A DNA stretch of 64,000 nucleotides, taken from assembly GCA_964532415.1 (NCBI GenBank), contig CAZHHN010000002.1, positions 7,852-71,851 on the forward strand, in the 5' to 3' direction. Made by a program: the position numbers and the translations under genes. Below the pieces are notes generated by a model that was given only the letters and a program-made list of their open reading frames with translations, ran no database searches and was not told the origin of the DNA. The stretch comes from an uncultured Gammaproteobacteria bacterium. GTDB taxonomy: Bacteria > Patescibacteriota > Patescibacteriia > SG8-24 > DYFX01. Positions 38,101 to 47,488 of this stretch are shown in pieces. Numbering within the stretch: the stretch's first letter is position 1; every line of letters starts with the position of its first letter.

Positions 38101-38738
38101 GAAGGCCTGGGGGTCTTGCGGGGATAAGCGCACAGGCGCGCGACCGGACAGTTCCAGCAGCGCGGACGGCCGGGCAGGCAGGTCGAGCGGCCGAATTGCA
38201 CGAAAACGCGGTTGACGTGCAGCCACAAATCTTTCGGCACGAGACGCAGGAGCGCCTGCTCGGTTTCTTCGGGCGTCCCGGCCCGGGTCCAACCGAGGCG
38301 CTCGGCGATGCGGTGCACGTGCACATCGACCGCAATCGCCGGGATTTTGAAAGCATAGCACAGGACGCAATTGGCCGTTTTGCGGCCCACGCCGGGCAGC
38401 GCCATCAGTTCTTCGCGGGTGCGCGGAACCCGGCCGCCGTGCCGCGCGAGCAGCGAGAGCGCAATCCCCTTCACGGAACGGGCCTTGGCGCGATACAAGC
38501 CGATCTCTTTGATGGAAGCGGCGATCGTACCTGGATCGGCGGCGGCCAGCGCAGACAGCGTGGGAAAGGCTGCGCGCAATTTGGGATACACCTTCAGCAC
38601 CTGCTCGTCGCGGGTACGCGCCGAAAGCACCGTGGCGAGCAGCACGTCTTCCGGGCGGTCCAGTTCGACGGCGCCCTTGCTGGGGTAGGCGCGCCGGAGG
38701 ATACCGATCACTTTACGGATCGCTGAGGCCGTTGGCAT
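38097..38738 (-). CDS. nth: Endonuclease III
   Basis: LPGVGRKTA, VDVH, C-x6-C-x2-C-x5-C Fe-S motif. Confidence 0.95.
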   Translation of the reverse strand: MPTASAIRKVIGILRRAYPSKGAVELDRPEDVLLATVLSARTRDEQVLKVYPKLRAAFPTLSALAAADPGTIAASIKEIGLYRAKARSVKGIALSLLARHGGRVPRTREELMALPGVGRKTANCVLCYAFKIPAIAVDVHVHRIAERLGWTRAGTPEETEQALLRLVPKDLWLHVNRVFVQFGRSTCLPGRPRCWNCPVARLCAYPRKTPRPS

Positions 38739-39553
38739 GTCGGGCAGTAGACGGCGCCGCGCTGGGCGACGCGGATTTTCCGGAGCGGCGTTCCGCAGCG
38801 GCGGCAGGGTTTTCCTTCACGGCCATAGACCCACAGATGCGGCACGTTGCGGCCCCGCCGCCCGTACAGATCGACGTAATGGTCGGCGGAGGAGCCTTGG
38901 CGTTCCAGGGAACCCCGGAGCGCCTTGAGCGCGCCACGATAGACGCCTTTCAGTTCTTTTTCGGACAGCGAACCGACTTGGCGCTCAGGATGGACCTTCC
39001 CATACCAGACGGCTTCGTCGGCGTAAATGTTGCCGATGCCGGCAATGCAGGTTTGTTCCATGAGCAGCGGCTTGATTTTCTTCGATGGGCGGCCGGTCAC
39101 GCACATTTTGAAGCGCGCGAAGGTGAAAGACGGGTCGAGCGGCTCAGGACCGTACCCCTCCTTATCGAACAGTGCGCGTTCCAAATCTTTCGTCCTGATG
39201 ATTTTCAGGAAGCCGAACTTGCGCACGTCCTCGAACCACAAATCTTCCTTCCCGTTGAGATGGAAGACGACGTGCACATGCTTGGCCGGTTTCTCTCCCG
39301 CGGGCTTCAGCAAATAGGAGCCTGTCATCTTCAGGTGCGTGACGATCGTCCAGCCGTTCGAGAGCTCCAGGAGCAGCAGCTTGGCGCGGCGGCGGACGGC
39401 TTTGAAGGAGGCGCCGCCCGAAGCGTTGATCAGCACCGCGGTGGAAGGACGAATACGGCCGCCGAAACGCGCTTCGATCCCTAAAATCCTGCGCCCTTTC
39501 AGCGCGCGGTCCATCTGGCGGCGCAGCGTTTCGACTTCAGGCAATTCGGGCAT
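38708..39553 (-). CDS. mutM: Formamidopyrimidine-DNA glycosylase
   Basis: MPELPEVET, HLKMTG, GIGNIYADE, C-terminal zinc finger. Confidence 0.96.
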   Translation of the reverse strand: MPELPEVETLRRQMDRALKGRRILGIEARFGGRIRPSTAVLINASGGASFKAVRRRAKLLLLELSNGWTIVTHLKMTGSYLLKPAGEKPAKHVHVVFHLNGKEDLWFEDVRKFGFLKIIRTKDLERALFDKEGYGPEPLDPSFTFARFKMCVTGRPSKKIKPLLMEQTCIAGIGNIYADEAVWYGKVHPERQVGSLSEKELKGVYRGALKALRGSLERQGSSADHYVDLYGRRGRNVPHLWVYGREGKPCRRCGTPLRKIRVAQRGAVYCPTCQRPQRSVK

Positions 39554-39595
39554 AGCATGGGCAGTGTAAATGAAAAGACGCCCCGGCGGAAGGCG

Positions 39596-40063
39596 TCATG
39601 ACTCGAACAGATAGCCATAGGCATCGGGATCCGCTCCGGCTTCACCTGCCCATTCGCCGATGGAAAGGCGCGCGATGAGTCTTCTGTGCTGGAGCTGGAA
39701 CACGAGCGCGGCGGCGGGAGCGAATAGCTGGTTGGCGGCCATATCGAGCAGTTCCCAGATATGGACATGGCCGCTCATCTTGTCTGAACGATCTTCCATC
39801 GCCTCCAAGAGCAATTGCGCGTTCACCCACCCGTTCGAAAGCTGCGGCGGCTCCCTGTCGAATACGATCCTTGGACCGGTCATGACCTCCGGATATTCGG
39901 CGGAAAGGCTGACCGCCGTACGCGCGGCACCAGGATCACCATTGAGGCCGTAGTGGATAAAGAATTCCGAGCGCGAACGCAGACGCAGGCTGCCCCGGGA
40001 CGTGACCCTCTCGAACGGGATCGGGATCCGTGATGCGCCGCCCACCTTCATCGTAATGTGCAT
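39596..40063 (-). CDS. Hypothetical protein
   Basis: SD AGGAGG; promoter TTGACG-17-TAAGAG (40081-40109); terminator near 39573-39597. Confidence 0.7.
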   Translation of the reverse strand: MHITMKVGGASRIPIPFERVTSRGSLRLRSRSEFFIHYGLNGDPGAARTAVSLSAEYPEVMTGPRIVFDREPPQLSNGWVNAQLLLEAMEDRSDKMSGHVHIWELLDMAANQLFAPAAALVFQLQHRRLIARLSIGEWAGEAGADPDAYGYLFES

Positions 40064-40237
40064 ATCTCCCTCCTGTCGATCTCTTACCCGATTTCGTCCC
40101 ACCCGTCAAGCTTTCGATCCATCGAGCGTCCGTCGGTCAAAAAAGAAGCCCCTTGAGAGAAGACTTCAGAAGCATCCCCCCTCCCCGTAACACAATTCCA
40201 TTGCACCTGTCAAACCTTCATGCCACAATGCCCGCCT

Positions 40238-41263
40238 ATGCGCACCTCGGATTTCGACTACGAACTGCCGGGCGAGCGAATCGCCCAAAAGCCCGCCTCG
40301 CCGCGCGAATCGGCCCGCCTGCTCGTCCTCGATCGGGCACAAAACGCGATCATGCACGCCAAGGTAAAGCGGCTTCCGGAATTCCTGCGGAAGGGCGATG
40401 TGCTGGTCATCAACGTCAGCAAAGTATTTAAGGCTCGCCTGATGGGCCGGTTGGACGATCCGGGCAAAAGCGCGATCGAACTGTTCCTGATCCGGCCCGA
40501 AGGCACGTACTGGCGCGCCTTGGCGAAACCGGGACGCAAGCTCCGGCCGGGTTCGCGTATCGCCGTCGCCGAAGGTTTCGCCGCGACCGTCGCGCGGAAA
40601 GACGCTGACGGTTCGGTGCTGGTCGATTTCGGCAGGCAGCCGGGGAGCGTCGTCCGCCTGGCCGATCGGTGCGGACAGGTGCCGCTCCCCCCGTACATCA
40701 CGCGCGCTCCGCGCGCCACGGAATACCAGACTGTCTACGCCCGCGAGGTCGGTTCGGTGGCCGCGCCGACGGCCGGCTTCCACCTCACCAAAAAGCTCAT
40801 CGCCGGTTTGAAAAAGAAAGGCGTCATCTTTCTCGAAGTGACGCTACACGTCGGGCTCGGCACGTTCCTACCGATCCGGACGGAGGAACTTGGCGCGCAC
40901 GCCATGCACGCCGAATGGGTCGAGATTCCGGCCGCGACGGCGCGCGGCATCGCGCGGGCCAAGGCGGAAGGCCGACGCGTGATCGCGGTCGGCACCACCA
41001 GTGTACGCGCGCTCGAAGGCGCGGCCGCCGCGCTGAACGGAAAGCTGCGCGCCTGGCGCGGCGACGTGAGGCTGTTCATTTCCCCCGGCTTCCGTTTCCG
41101 CATCGCGGATGCGTTGCTGACGAATTTCCATCTGCCGAAATCGACCCTGCTCGTGCTGGTTTCGGCCCTGGCCGGGCGCGAACGCATCCTGCGGGCCTAT
41201 GCCGAAGCAATCGGGAAGAAGTACCGTTTTTACAGCTACGGCGACGCGATGTTGATCATCTAA
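40238..41263 (+). CDS. queA: S-adenosylmethionine:tRNA ribosyltransferase-isomerase
   Basis: FDYELP...IAQ.P, PLPPYI, YQTVYA..GSVAAPTAG, TNFHLP.ST, YRFYSYGDAM. Confidence 0.96.
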   Translation: MRTSDFDYELPGERIAQKPASPRESARLLVLDRAQNAIMHAKVKRLPEFLRKGDVLVINVSKVFKARLMGRLDDPGKSAIELFLIRPEGTYWRALAKPGRKLRPGSRIAVAEGFAATVARKDADGSVLVDFGRQPGSVVRLADRCGQVPLPPYITRAPRATEYQTVYAREVGSVAAPTAGFHLTKKLIAGLKKKGVIFLEVTLHVGLGTFLPIRTEELGAHAMHAEWVEIPAATARGIARAKAEGRRVIAVGTTSVRALEGAAAALNGKLRAWRGDVRLFISPGFRFRIADALLTNFHLPKSTLLVLVSALAGRERILRAYAEAIGKKYRFYSYGDAMLII

Positions 41264-41344
41264 AGCTGACCGATCCGGCGATATTGACGACCGGAATCAG
41301 GCATGATCAGATGTGAGCAGGACATTCACATTGCGAGGCGCCGC

Positions 41345-41839
41345 ATGAAACCGCTCTCAACCGACGACATGGCCCGCTTGGCCGATCGCATGTTCCCAGA
41401 TGATGCGCAGCTCATGGCATTCCACGCCGTCCACGAAATCCGCAACGGAAAATTGCATCGTATCTGCCTGAAAGGGAGATCCGACATGGCCGACGATCCG
41501 GAAGCGGAAATTGTCGCATTCATCGGCCGGGGCCATCTGAGCGAAAATTGCATGTCTTTCCGCGTCTTCACACCGAGTCCTCAACGAGAACGGGTCGCGG
41601 AGGAATTGACCGCATGGGCGCGCACATTGCCAGCAGCCGACCCCGATCCGAATCACAGAATTTCAACCACGCTCCATGTTGCGGCCTTGCTGGCAGTGAT
41701 CGAACTGCCGGACGGTCAGCTCGGATGTTTCCTGTACCGACATCCCGAGGTAGACGAGCATGAGGTTGGTCCACTTGTCCGATTGGCGCTGGACCACTAC
41801 GAGCGGCGAGACGCAGAAAAGGCCGCCAACGCATGCTGA
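41345..41839 (+). CDS. Hypothetical protein (YRHP-x3-EH family, paralog A)
   Basis: GAGG SD; shares motifs with the next ORF. Confidence 0.7.
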   Translation: MKPLSTDDMARLADRMFPDDAQLMAFHAVHEIRNGKLHRICLKGRSDMADDPEAEIVAFIGRGHLSENCMSFRVFTPSPQRERVAEELTAWARTLPAADPDPNHRISTTLHVAALLAVIELPDGQLGCFLYRHPEVDEHEVGPLVRLALDHYERRDAEKAANAC

Positions 41840-41861
41840 GCGGGAGAAAGGATGGCTTGAC

Positions 41862-42428
41862 ATGAAAACGCCGGACGGCATCGCGATCTATCGATCCGCC
41901 AACACATACTTCCCTCCGAGCCCAGAGTTGGCAGACTTCAACCTGGACGCCGAGATCGGACTTGGCCTCTTGACTCGGATGGTCGGACCGGAGATCCCGA
42001 ACGATGCTGAAGCAGTCATCGCCGTGGGTCAAGTTGATTTCCTTCTTTCGCAGGAAGACGAACCAGAAGGAAATGAGGGCGCCAGGGTGGAAGAATACTA
42101 TTCCATCTTGATGGAAGACGGACCAGATCCAGCGACGAGGGATGCCGACTGGAGAAGCCTGAAGCGGGCGATTCTGGACCTCTCGAGCCCTACTCCCGAA
42201 GAACCAGAGCACGTTTGCATCGATCTCGAACCCGCGCATACGCTGGCCGCGGTCGTCGTCTGGCGGTCTCCGACGGAGGGCGCGATTATTGCCACCTATC
42301 GGCATCCGCACATACCGGAGCACCAGGCATGCATGACCCTGAAGCAGCTGCTTGTGCACATCGAGACGGAAGACGCGCACGCCGCTGCCTTGAGAACAGC
42401 CACTTCGCCCGAGCCTCTCTTGGATTGA
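41862..42428 (+). CDS. Hypothetical protein (YRHP-x3-EH family, paralog B)
   Basis: AAGGA upstream; terminator at 42428-42452. Confidence 0.7.
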   Translation: MKTPDGIAIYRSANTYFPPSPELADFNLDAEIGLGLLTRMVGPEIPNDAEAVIAVGQVDFLLSQEDEPEGNEGARVEEYYSILMEDGPDPATRDADWRSLKRAILDLSSPTPEEPEHVCIDLEPAHTLAAVVVWRSPTEGAIIATYRHPHIPEHQACMTLKQLLVHIETEDAHAAALRTATSPEPLLD

Positions 42429-42450
42429 ACGCCTCCTCAAAGGGCGTTTT

Positions 42451-43608
42451 TTATTCCACGATCCATCCCTTCTTGAATTCCAAGAAACGATCCTCGAGAA
42501 TGGCGGCGCGCATCCGGCGCATCAGTTCGAGCAGGAAATGCAGGTTATGGATCGTCGCCAAGCGGAAGTAGGCGATCTCGCCGGTCAGGAAGAGATGGCG
42601 CAGATAGGCGCGCGAATGGCGCGCGCAGGTGGAACAGGCGCATTCCTCGTCGATCGGACCGGCATCGCGTTCAAAGCGCTTGTTGCCGATTTCGATCCGG
42701 TATTTCCGGCCGCGGCCGGCCAACCGGTTGAAGAGCGCGCCGTTCCGGGCCACGCGGCTCGGACTGACGCAGTCGAACATGTCGACGCCGAGCTCCACCA
42801 CATTGAAGAGATCCTCCGGCGAAAGGCCGACGCCCATCGTGTAACGGGCCTGGTGCGGAGGCATCAGGTCCGAGATCCATCCGAGGATCTCGCGCGTCCG
42901 GGCCATGTCGTAGCCGACCGATTCTCCGCCGACGGCAAACCCATCGAACGGCCGCGCGGCGACGAACTCCGCGGACGCGCGCCGCAGAGCGCGGTGCACT
43001 CCGCCCTGGACGATGCCGAACAGCTGCTGGCGGTGCGGCGGAGCGGCAGCCCGATCTTTCATCGCTTCCAGGCAGCGGTCGGCCCAGCGATGGGTGCGCT
43101 CCATGGCGGCGACCGCCTCCTCTTCGGAAGCCGAATCGCGCGTGCACTGGTCGAACGCCATGATGATGTCGGCGCCGAGCTTCTGCTGGACGCGGATCGC
43201 CTCTTCCGGCGTGAAACGGTGGCGGGAGCCGTCGAGGTGCGAGGTGAACGTGACGCCGTCCTCGTCGATCTTCACCAGCGAGCCGTGCGATCCGCTTTTG
43301 ACGTCGAGCGAAAAAACCTGGTAGCCGCCCGAATCCGTCAAAACGGCGCGGTTCCAATGCTGGAAGCGGTGCGCGCCGCCGAGGTCGCGGACCAGGTCCT
43401 CGCCCGGGCGCAGATGCAGATGATAGGTGTTATTGAGGAGAATCTGCGCGCCCAAAGCCTCCATGTCGGCGGCGTCCAGCGATTTGACCGTCGCCTGCGT
43501 GCCGACCGGCATGAAGACCGGCGTCTCGACATCGCCGTGATCGGTGGAAATGACGCCGGCACGGGCGCCGGAACGCGCGTCCCGATGGACGAGAGTGAAA
43601 TTTTTCAT
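42451..43608 (-). CDS. tgt: tRNA-guanine transglycosylase
   Basis: TPVFMPVGT, NTYHL, TDSGGYQ, GIVQGG, MFDCV, CACSTC...HN zinc site. Confidence 0.96.
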   Translation of the reverse strand: MKNFTLVHRDARSGARAGVISTDHGDVETPVFMPVGTQATVKSLDAADMEALGAQILLNNTYHLHLRPGEDLVRDLGGAHRFQHWNRAVLTDSGGYQVFSLDVKSGSHGSLVKIDEDGVTFTSHLDGSRHRFTPEEAIRVQQKLGADIIMAFDQCTRDSASEEEAVAAMERTHRWADRCLEAMKDRAAAPPHRQQLFGIVQGGVHRALRRASAEFVAARPFDGFAVGGESVGYDMARTREILGWISDLMPPHQARYTMGVGLSPEDLFNVVELGVDMFDCVSPSRVARNGALFNRLAGRGRKYRIEIGNKRFERDAGPIDEECACSTCARHSRAYLRHLFLTGEIAYFRLATIHNLHFLLELMRRMRAAILEDRFLEFKKGWIVE

Positions 43609-43646
43609 AGCGGTTCGCTTCATTCTGGAATGAAAAACGCCCGCGG

Positions 43647-44321
43647 TCAAACGGGCGATGAGTCCTGCCGGAGCGTCTCGATCGTGCTCCGAAACTGCTC
43701 TTCCAGTTCCGTGTCCGTGCGCGGACGAGTCTGAAGGCTCGGAACCGCCTGCGCGCACCATTGCAGATGATACCTTTGGGCCGACTTCGTGGTACAGGTG
43801 TGCCAGATGGCCGCTTCGGCTTCCGGTGCGGAAGGGTCGGCCCAACGCAGGAGATCGGCCAGCCGCATGCCGTTGTTCATACGAACGATTTGGCGGGCGG
43901 TCGCGACCGTCCACTGGTGCCGCCACGCATGGATTTCTGCGCGGTCACCGATCCAGAAGCTTCCTTTTTCCGACAAGATATGCGCGCCTTCCGGCACATT
44001 CGCCGGCGGCGCGCCGAGGCGCACGCATTCCATGGCGAACTTCTTTCCGACCCAGCCGGCCACCCATCGATGATCGCAAGCGGATACATGGACGTCGAGT
44101 GGCGAGATGTCGCGGGCGCCGATAGGGTTTTTATACAGCGCGGCAAGTTCTTGGTCGCTGACGATCCTTTGCCGATGACCGCACACGTGATTGCAGCCGT
44201 CGTCGGACCGGACGATGAACGGCACGATGGCGTATGACTTCCGATCGGGACGATCCGCAAGCGCGAGAAGGTGCATGAGTTCCTCCGCCGCGAGCCTAGC
44301 ATCATTCGTCCGGATTGCCAA
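43647..44321 (-). CDS. Hypothetical protein (start uncertain)
   Basis: GC3-biased ORF filling the gap; terminator CGCCCG/CGGGCG-T5 at 43633-43657 overlaps its stop. Confidence 0.6.
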   Translation of the reverse strand: MAIRTNDARLAAEELMHLLALADRPDRKSYAIVPFIVRSDDGCNHVCGHRQRIVSDQELAALYKNPIGARDISPLDVHVSACDHRWVAGWVGKKFAMECVRLGAPPANVPEGAHILSEKGSFWIGDRAEIHAWRHQWTVATARQIVRMNNGMRLADLLRWADPSAPEAEAAIWHTCTTKSAQRYHLQWCAQAVPSLQTRPRTDTELEEQFRSTIETLRQDSSPV

Positions 44322-44361
44322 TACCGGAAACCCGCGCAGTGGGCGCGGGTTTCAGACATCC

Positions 44362-45231
44362 TCAGGTGTGGGGCGGAACGGGCGGAGGCACATCGGGCGG
44401 CGATGTCCGGCTCTGTCTCCAGGAGCGGCGCACCCTCCAAAGGGCGACCCCGCCGATCAGCAGGATCCACCAATAGCAGAGGAACCAGCCCCAGAACCAT
44501 GGGCAGCCGGCGGACGAGACAAGCGGAGTCGTGGTTGCCGGAAGGGCGGGGACGGAAGGCGTCGCAGAAGCATCCGAAACCTCTTCGGCATCGGTCGCAC
44601 TGCCGGTTCCGGTTGGTGGGGCGACGGATGCGGGCGGGGTGACGGACCCCGGCGGCTTGGTGCCGGGAGTATCGCGTCCGCAGGAACGGCTGGTCGGCGG
44701 GGACGGCGTGACGACGTCCGGACAATTGAAGCTCATGACGCATTCGCGGGTCTGGGTTCCGGCGCCCGTACACGGACCCCAGTCGGTACAGTTCCAGATA
44801 TCCTCCGTGCAGCGCTGGGGTGGAGGCGTCGCCGACGGCCCAAGGTCGTCGTAGGCGATCGTGCAAACGGCGGTTTGGCCGTCTTCAAGGGTGCCGGAAC
44901 ACGCGCCGCTCATCGCAACGGTATAGTGCGAATCCTGCGCGGCAGCCACCGCATACGGGCCGTTGTCCAAGATGACGTACGCTCCCAGCGCGCCGGCACC
45001 CGTCACCGCGATCTTTCGAGTGCCGGTCGACACGAGAGCGGTGAAATCCGCAGGGCCCTTGCTGCCGTGATCGTCATTGATGACGTTTGTGATGATCGAA
45101 ACGGTCGGCGGCGGCTTGTTACCGCCTCCCCCGGTCAGCCCGCCATCGTCCGCGGCGAAGGCGGGGCGAAAGGACAGGAAGCCGGACAGCAGGAAGACGG
45201 CCGAAATCAGGAAAATGAAACGGCGGCGCAT
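44362..45231 (-). CDS. Surface protein with a TSP1-like Cys/Trp motif and C-terminal TM anchor
   Basis: Signal peptide; CTEDIWNCTDWGPC...QTREC; Pro/Thr stalk; Trp-rich TM; promoter TTGACG-17-TACTCT (45260-45288). Confidence 0.8.
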   Translation of the reverse strand: MRRRFIFLISAVFLLSGFLSFRPAFAADDGGLTGGGGNKPPPTVSIITNVINDDHGSKGPADFTALVSTGTRKIAVTGAGALGAYVILDNGPYAVAAAQDSHYTVAMSGACSGTLEDGQTAVCTIAYDDLGPSATPPPQRCTEDIWNCTDWGPCTGAGTQTRECVMSFNCPDVVTPSPPTSRSCGRDTPGTKPPGSVTPPASVAPPTGTGSATDAEEVSDASATPSVPALPATTTPLVSSAGCPWFWGWFLCYWWILLIGGVALWRVRRSWRQSRTSPPDVPPPVPPHT

Positions 45232-45295
45232 GACGGCAAAAAGGAATTAACGTACGGACAGAGTACGGAAATTCAAACAGGGCGTCAAGCTTAGC

Positions 45296-45625
45296 CTATC
45301 GGTTTTTCCGTGCCCGGAGCCGATCGGCAGCCTCGTTCCAACCTTCCTTCAACTCGTCCGACAGGTCGGCGAGTTCCCGCTTGGTCAGCATCTTCATGTT
45401 TTTATATTCGGCCAGGACCGCATCGACGATTTTCGCATACGATTTCTTGGAAACGCCGCCCAGCTTCCTGGCGTGGGCCAGCACGTGCGCCTTGGCATCC
45501 TCGGCCGCCGTCTTGAGCAGCCGGGCCTTTTTGTTCTTTTTCAGGAGATGCGCAAAAGCCACGACGGCGGTGACGAGCGTCGCAGCGGCGATCCCCTTAC
45601 CGAGCGTCTTCTTAAGGCCAGCCAT
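45296..45625 (-). CDS. Small basic membrane-anchored hypothetical protein (YtxH-like)
   Basis: N-terminal hydrophobic helix and Lys-rich helical tail. Confidence 0.7.
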   Translation of the reverse strand: MAGLKKTLGKGIAAATLVTAVVAFAHLLKKNKKARLLKTAAEDAKAHVLAHARKLGGVSKKSYAKIVDAVLAEYKNMKMLTKRELADLSDELKEGWNEAADRLRARKNR

Positions 45626-45682
45626 AGGATTGAGATCAGGTAAATTAGCTCTGTCCAAGAGACGTCGATTCGCCCCGCTTCC

Positions 45683-45994
45683 TTACAGCTTCGCCATCGC
45701 CGCGGCGAACTCGGCATCGGTCGCCTGTTCCCCTTCGAGCCCGGCGAACGGGTGTGCCTGCCAGTACGGCAGGCCCTTCATGTTCCGGCGGGTCAGCCGT
45801 TCGGCCAAAGCGCGATCGCCTCCGGTCGCCGCTTCGGCGAAAAATTCGACGCCGCCGCGGAAGACGTCCTCGCCGCTCTTCACTTTCCCGTCTGCCGAAT
45901 CGAATTTGCAGACCGGTCCTTCCGGAAGTTCCAGGCCGATGTCGCCGACATGATTGCCTTCAAAGGGCATGCCGCAAGTGATGCAGGATTTCAT
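45683..45994 (-). CDS. Putative zinc-ribbon protein (Zn_ribbon_2-like)
   Basis: CITCGMP N-terminus, L.YW near the C-terminus; TATACT 8 nt before the ATG. Confidence 0.75.
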   Translation of the reverse strand: MKSCITCGMPFEGNHVGDIGLELPEGPVCKFDSADGKVKSGEDVFRGGVEFFAEAATGGDRALAERLTRRNMKGLPYWQAHPFAGLEGEQATDAEFAAAMAKL

Positions 45995-46059
45995 ATGCGC
46001 GCAGTATACAACAACACTCCCCGGAGAGGGAGTGAGTGCGCGACAGGCATGCCATCGGT

Positions 46060-46737
46060 TCAGAGGAGCGATAGCACCCCGCTGCCGGTGGTGATCTCCG
46101 AGCCGTTCTGGTATTCGGGTCGTGAGACGACCGCGAGGATCGTCTCCGCGACGGCGTCCGGGTCTTCGAAGTAACCCTGCGCAGGCTCCGTGCCGATCGG
46201 CCCGGGGGTCATGGTGTTCACCCGCAGGCGCGAACCGAATTCGAGCGCCAGCACCCGCGCCGCCGCGGTGAGGCCGGCCATGGAGGCCGCGTAGGCCGCG
46301 GTGCGACGCGACGGCCGACGCGCAAGGTTGCTCGAAATGAACACGATGGAACCCCCGTCGCGCAGCCTCGGCAGGAGGGTCTGTACGGTTAACAAAGGTC
46401 CGCGAAGATTGGTTGCGATGTTCTCATCGAACGCCTCCGGGGACATGTGTTCGAAGGCCTGCACGAGGCACGCGCTCTCGCAGGGCACAACGATATCGAG
46501 TGTCGGCGCGAATCGGCCAACCTTGTTCGACAGATGCTCAAGATCGATCAGGTCGGTGACATCCAAGACGATCCCATAGGCACGGTCGCCGAGTCCGGCG
46601 ACCGCCTGACCGACTTCATGCTCATCGGAGCCCGTGATAATCACTTTGGCCCCATGTTCAAGAAAGAGCTTGGCGGTCGCGAGGCCAATGCCTCCGGTTC
46701 CGCCGGTAATGAGCGCGATTTTCCCTGCAAGTTTCAT
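46060..46737 (-). CDS. SDR-family oxidoreductase, degenerate active site
   Basis: TGGTGGIG intact; NAG motif replaced; YAASM instead of YxxxK; shortened C-terminus. Confidence 0.85.
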   Translation of the reverse strand: MKLAGKIALITGGTGGIGLATAKLFLEHGAKVIITGSDEHEVGQAVAGLGDRAYGIVLDVTDLIDLEHLSNKVGRFAPTLDIVVPCESACLVQAFEHMSPEAFDENIATNLRGPLLTVQTLLPRLRDGGSIVFISSNLARRPSRRTAAYAASMAGLTAAARVLALEFGSRLRVNTMTPGPIGTEPAQGYFEDPDAVAETILAVVSRPEYQNGSEITTGSGVLSLL

Positions 46738-46826
46738 GAGCTCCGGACCCTTTCCCGCGGCGATCGTGCCGCGATGACGGCTGCACTCTAACGGTGCGCG
46801 GAATGCGCGTCAAGCGGCGTGAACAA

Positions 46827-47483
46827 TCATGAAGGCGACACGGCCCTATCCCGAAAGCTGCGGCCCACGGCCAATCCGATGGACGTGCCGATCAACGCGC
46901 CGGCCAGGAAATCCGAGAACCAGTGGATGCTGACCGAAACGGCCAGCCCGACATACAGGGCATAGAGCAGCGCCGGAATCTTCACCGAAGATTTTTCCCG
47001 ATACAAAACGGCCAGCGCGACCATCGTGGCGAAAGCGACGGTCGTATGCGACGAAGGCCAGCCCCAAAAGATCCCGGCACGCAGAAAGCCGAATTGGAAA
47101 TGCCCGGTGACGTCGTCCGTCAGCGCCGTGCCGAAGGTCGGGTGCGCGCGGCCGGTCAAAGCTTTGCAGGAAGAAGAAATCAACCAGCCGAGAAAAGCCG
47201 ACTGCGCAAGCGCTCCGGCCGCACGACGAAGCCACTCGTCTTTGCGAAGCCTGGCGGCCGCCAGCGCGACGAACGGCATGACGATCGGCAGCAACCCGCC
47301 CAGCAGGATGCCCGGCATCACCCATGCCCGCGGAACTCCCTGTCCGGCCGCATACCATCGCCAATCGAAGCCGGAGACGACAGCGGCATACGTCAGCGCG
47401 ATCGCCAAAAGATGGACCGGGATGAGAGGCCAGGAGAAACAGGCGAGAAGGTTGCGCCACAAATTGTAGAAGAAGACCCGCAT
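46827..47483 (-). CDS. PAP2-family phosphatase
   Basis: KALTGRAHP, WPSSH, HWFSD. Confidence 0.88.
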   Translation of the reverse strand: MRVFFYNLWRNLLACFSWPLIPVHLLAIALTYAAVVSGFDWRWYAAGQGVPRAWVMPGILLGGLLPIVMPFVALAAARLRKDEWLRRAAGALAQSAFLGWLISSSCKALTGRAHPTFGTALTDDVTGHFQFGFLRAGIFWGWPSSHTTVAFATMVALAVLYREKSSVKIPALLYALYVGLAVSVSIHWFSDFLAGALIGTSIGLAVGRSFRDRAVSPS

Positions 47484-47488
47484 GAAAA

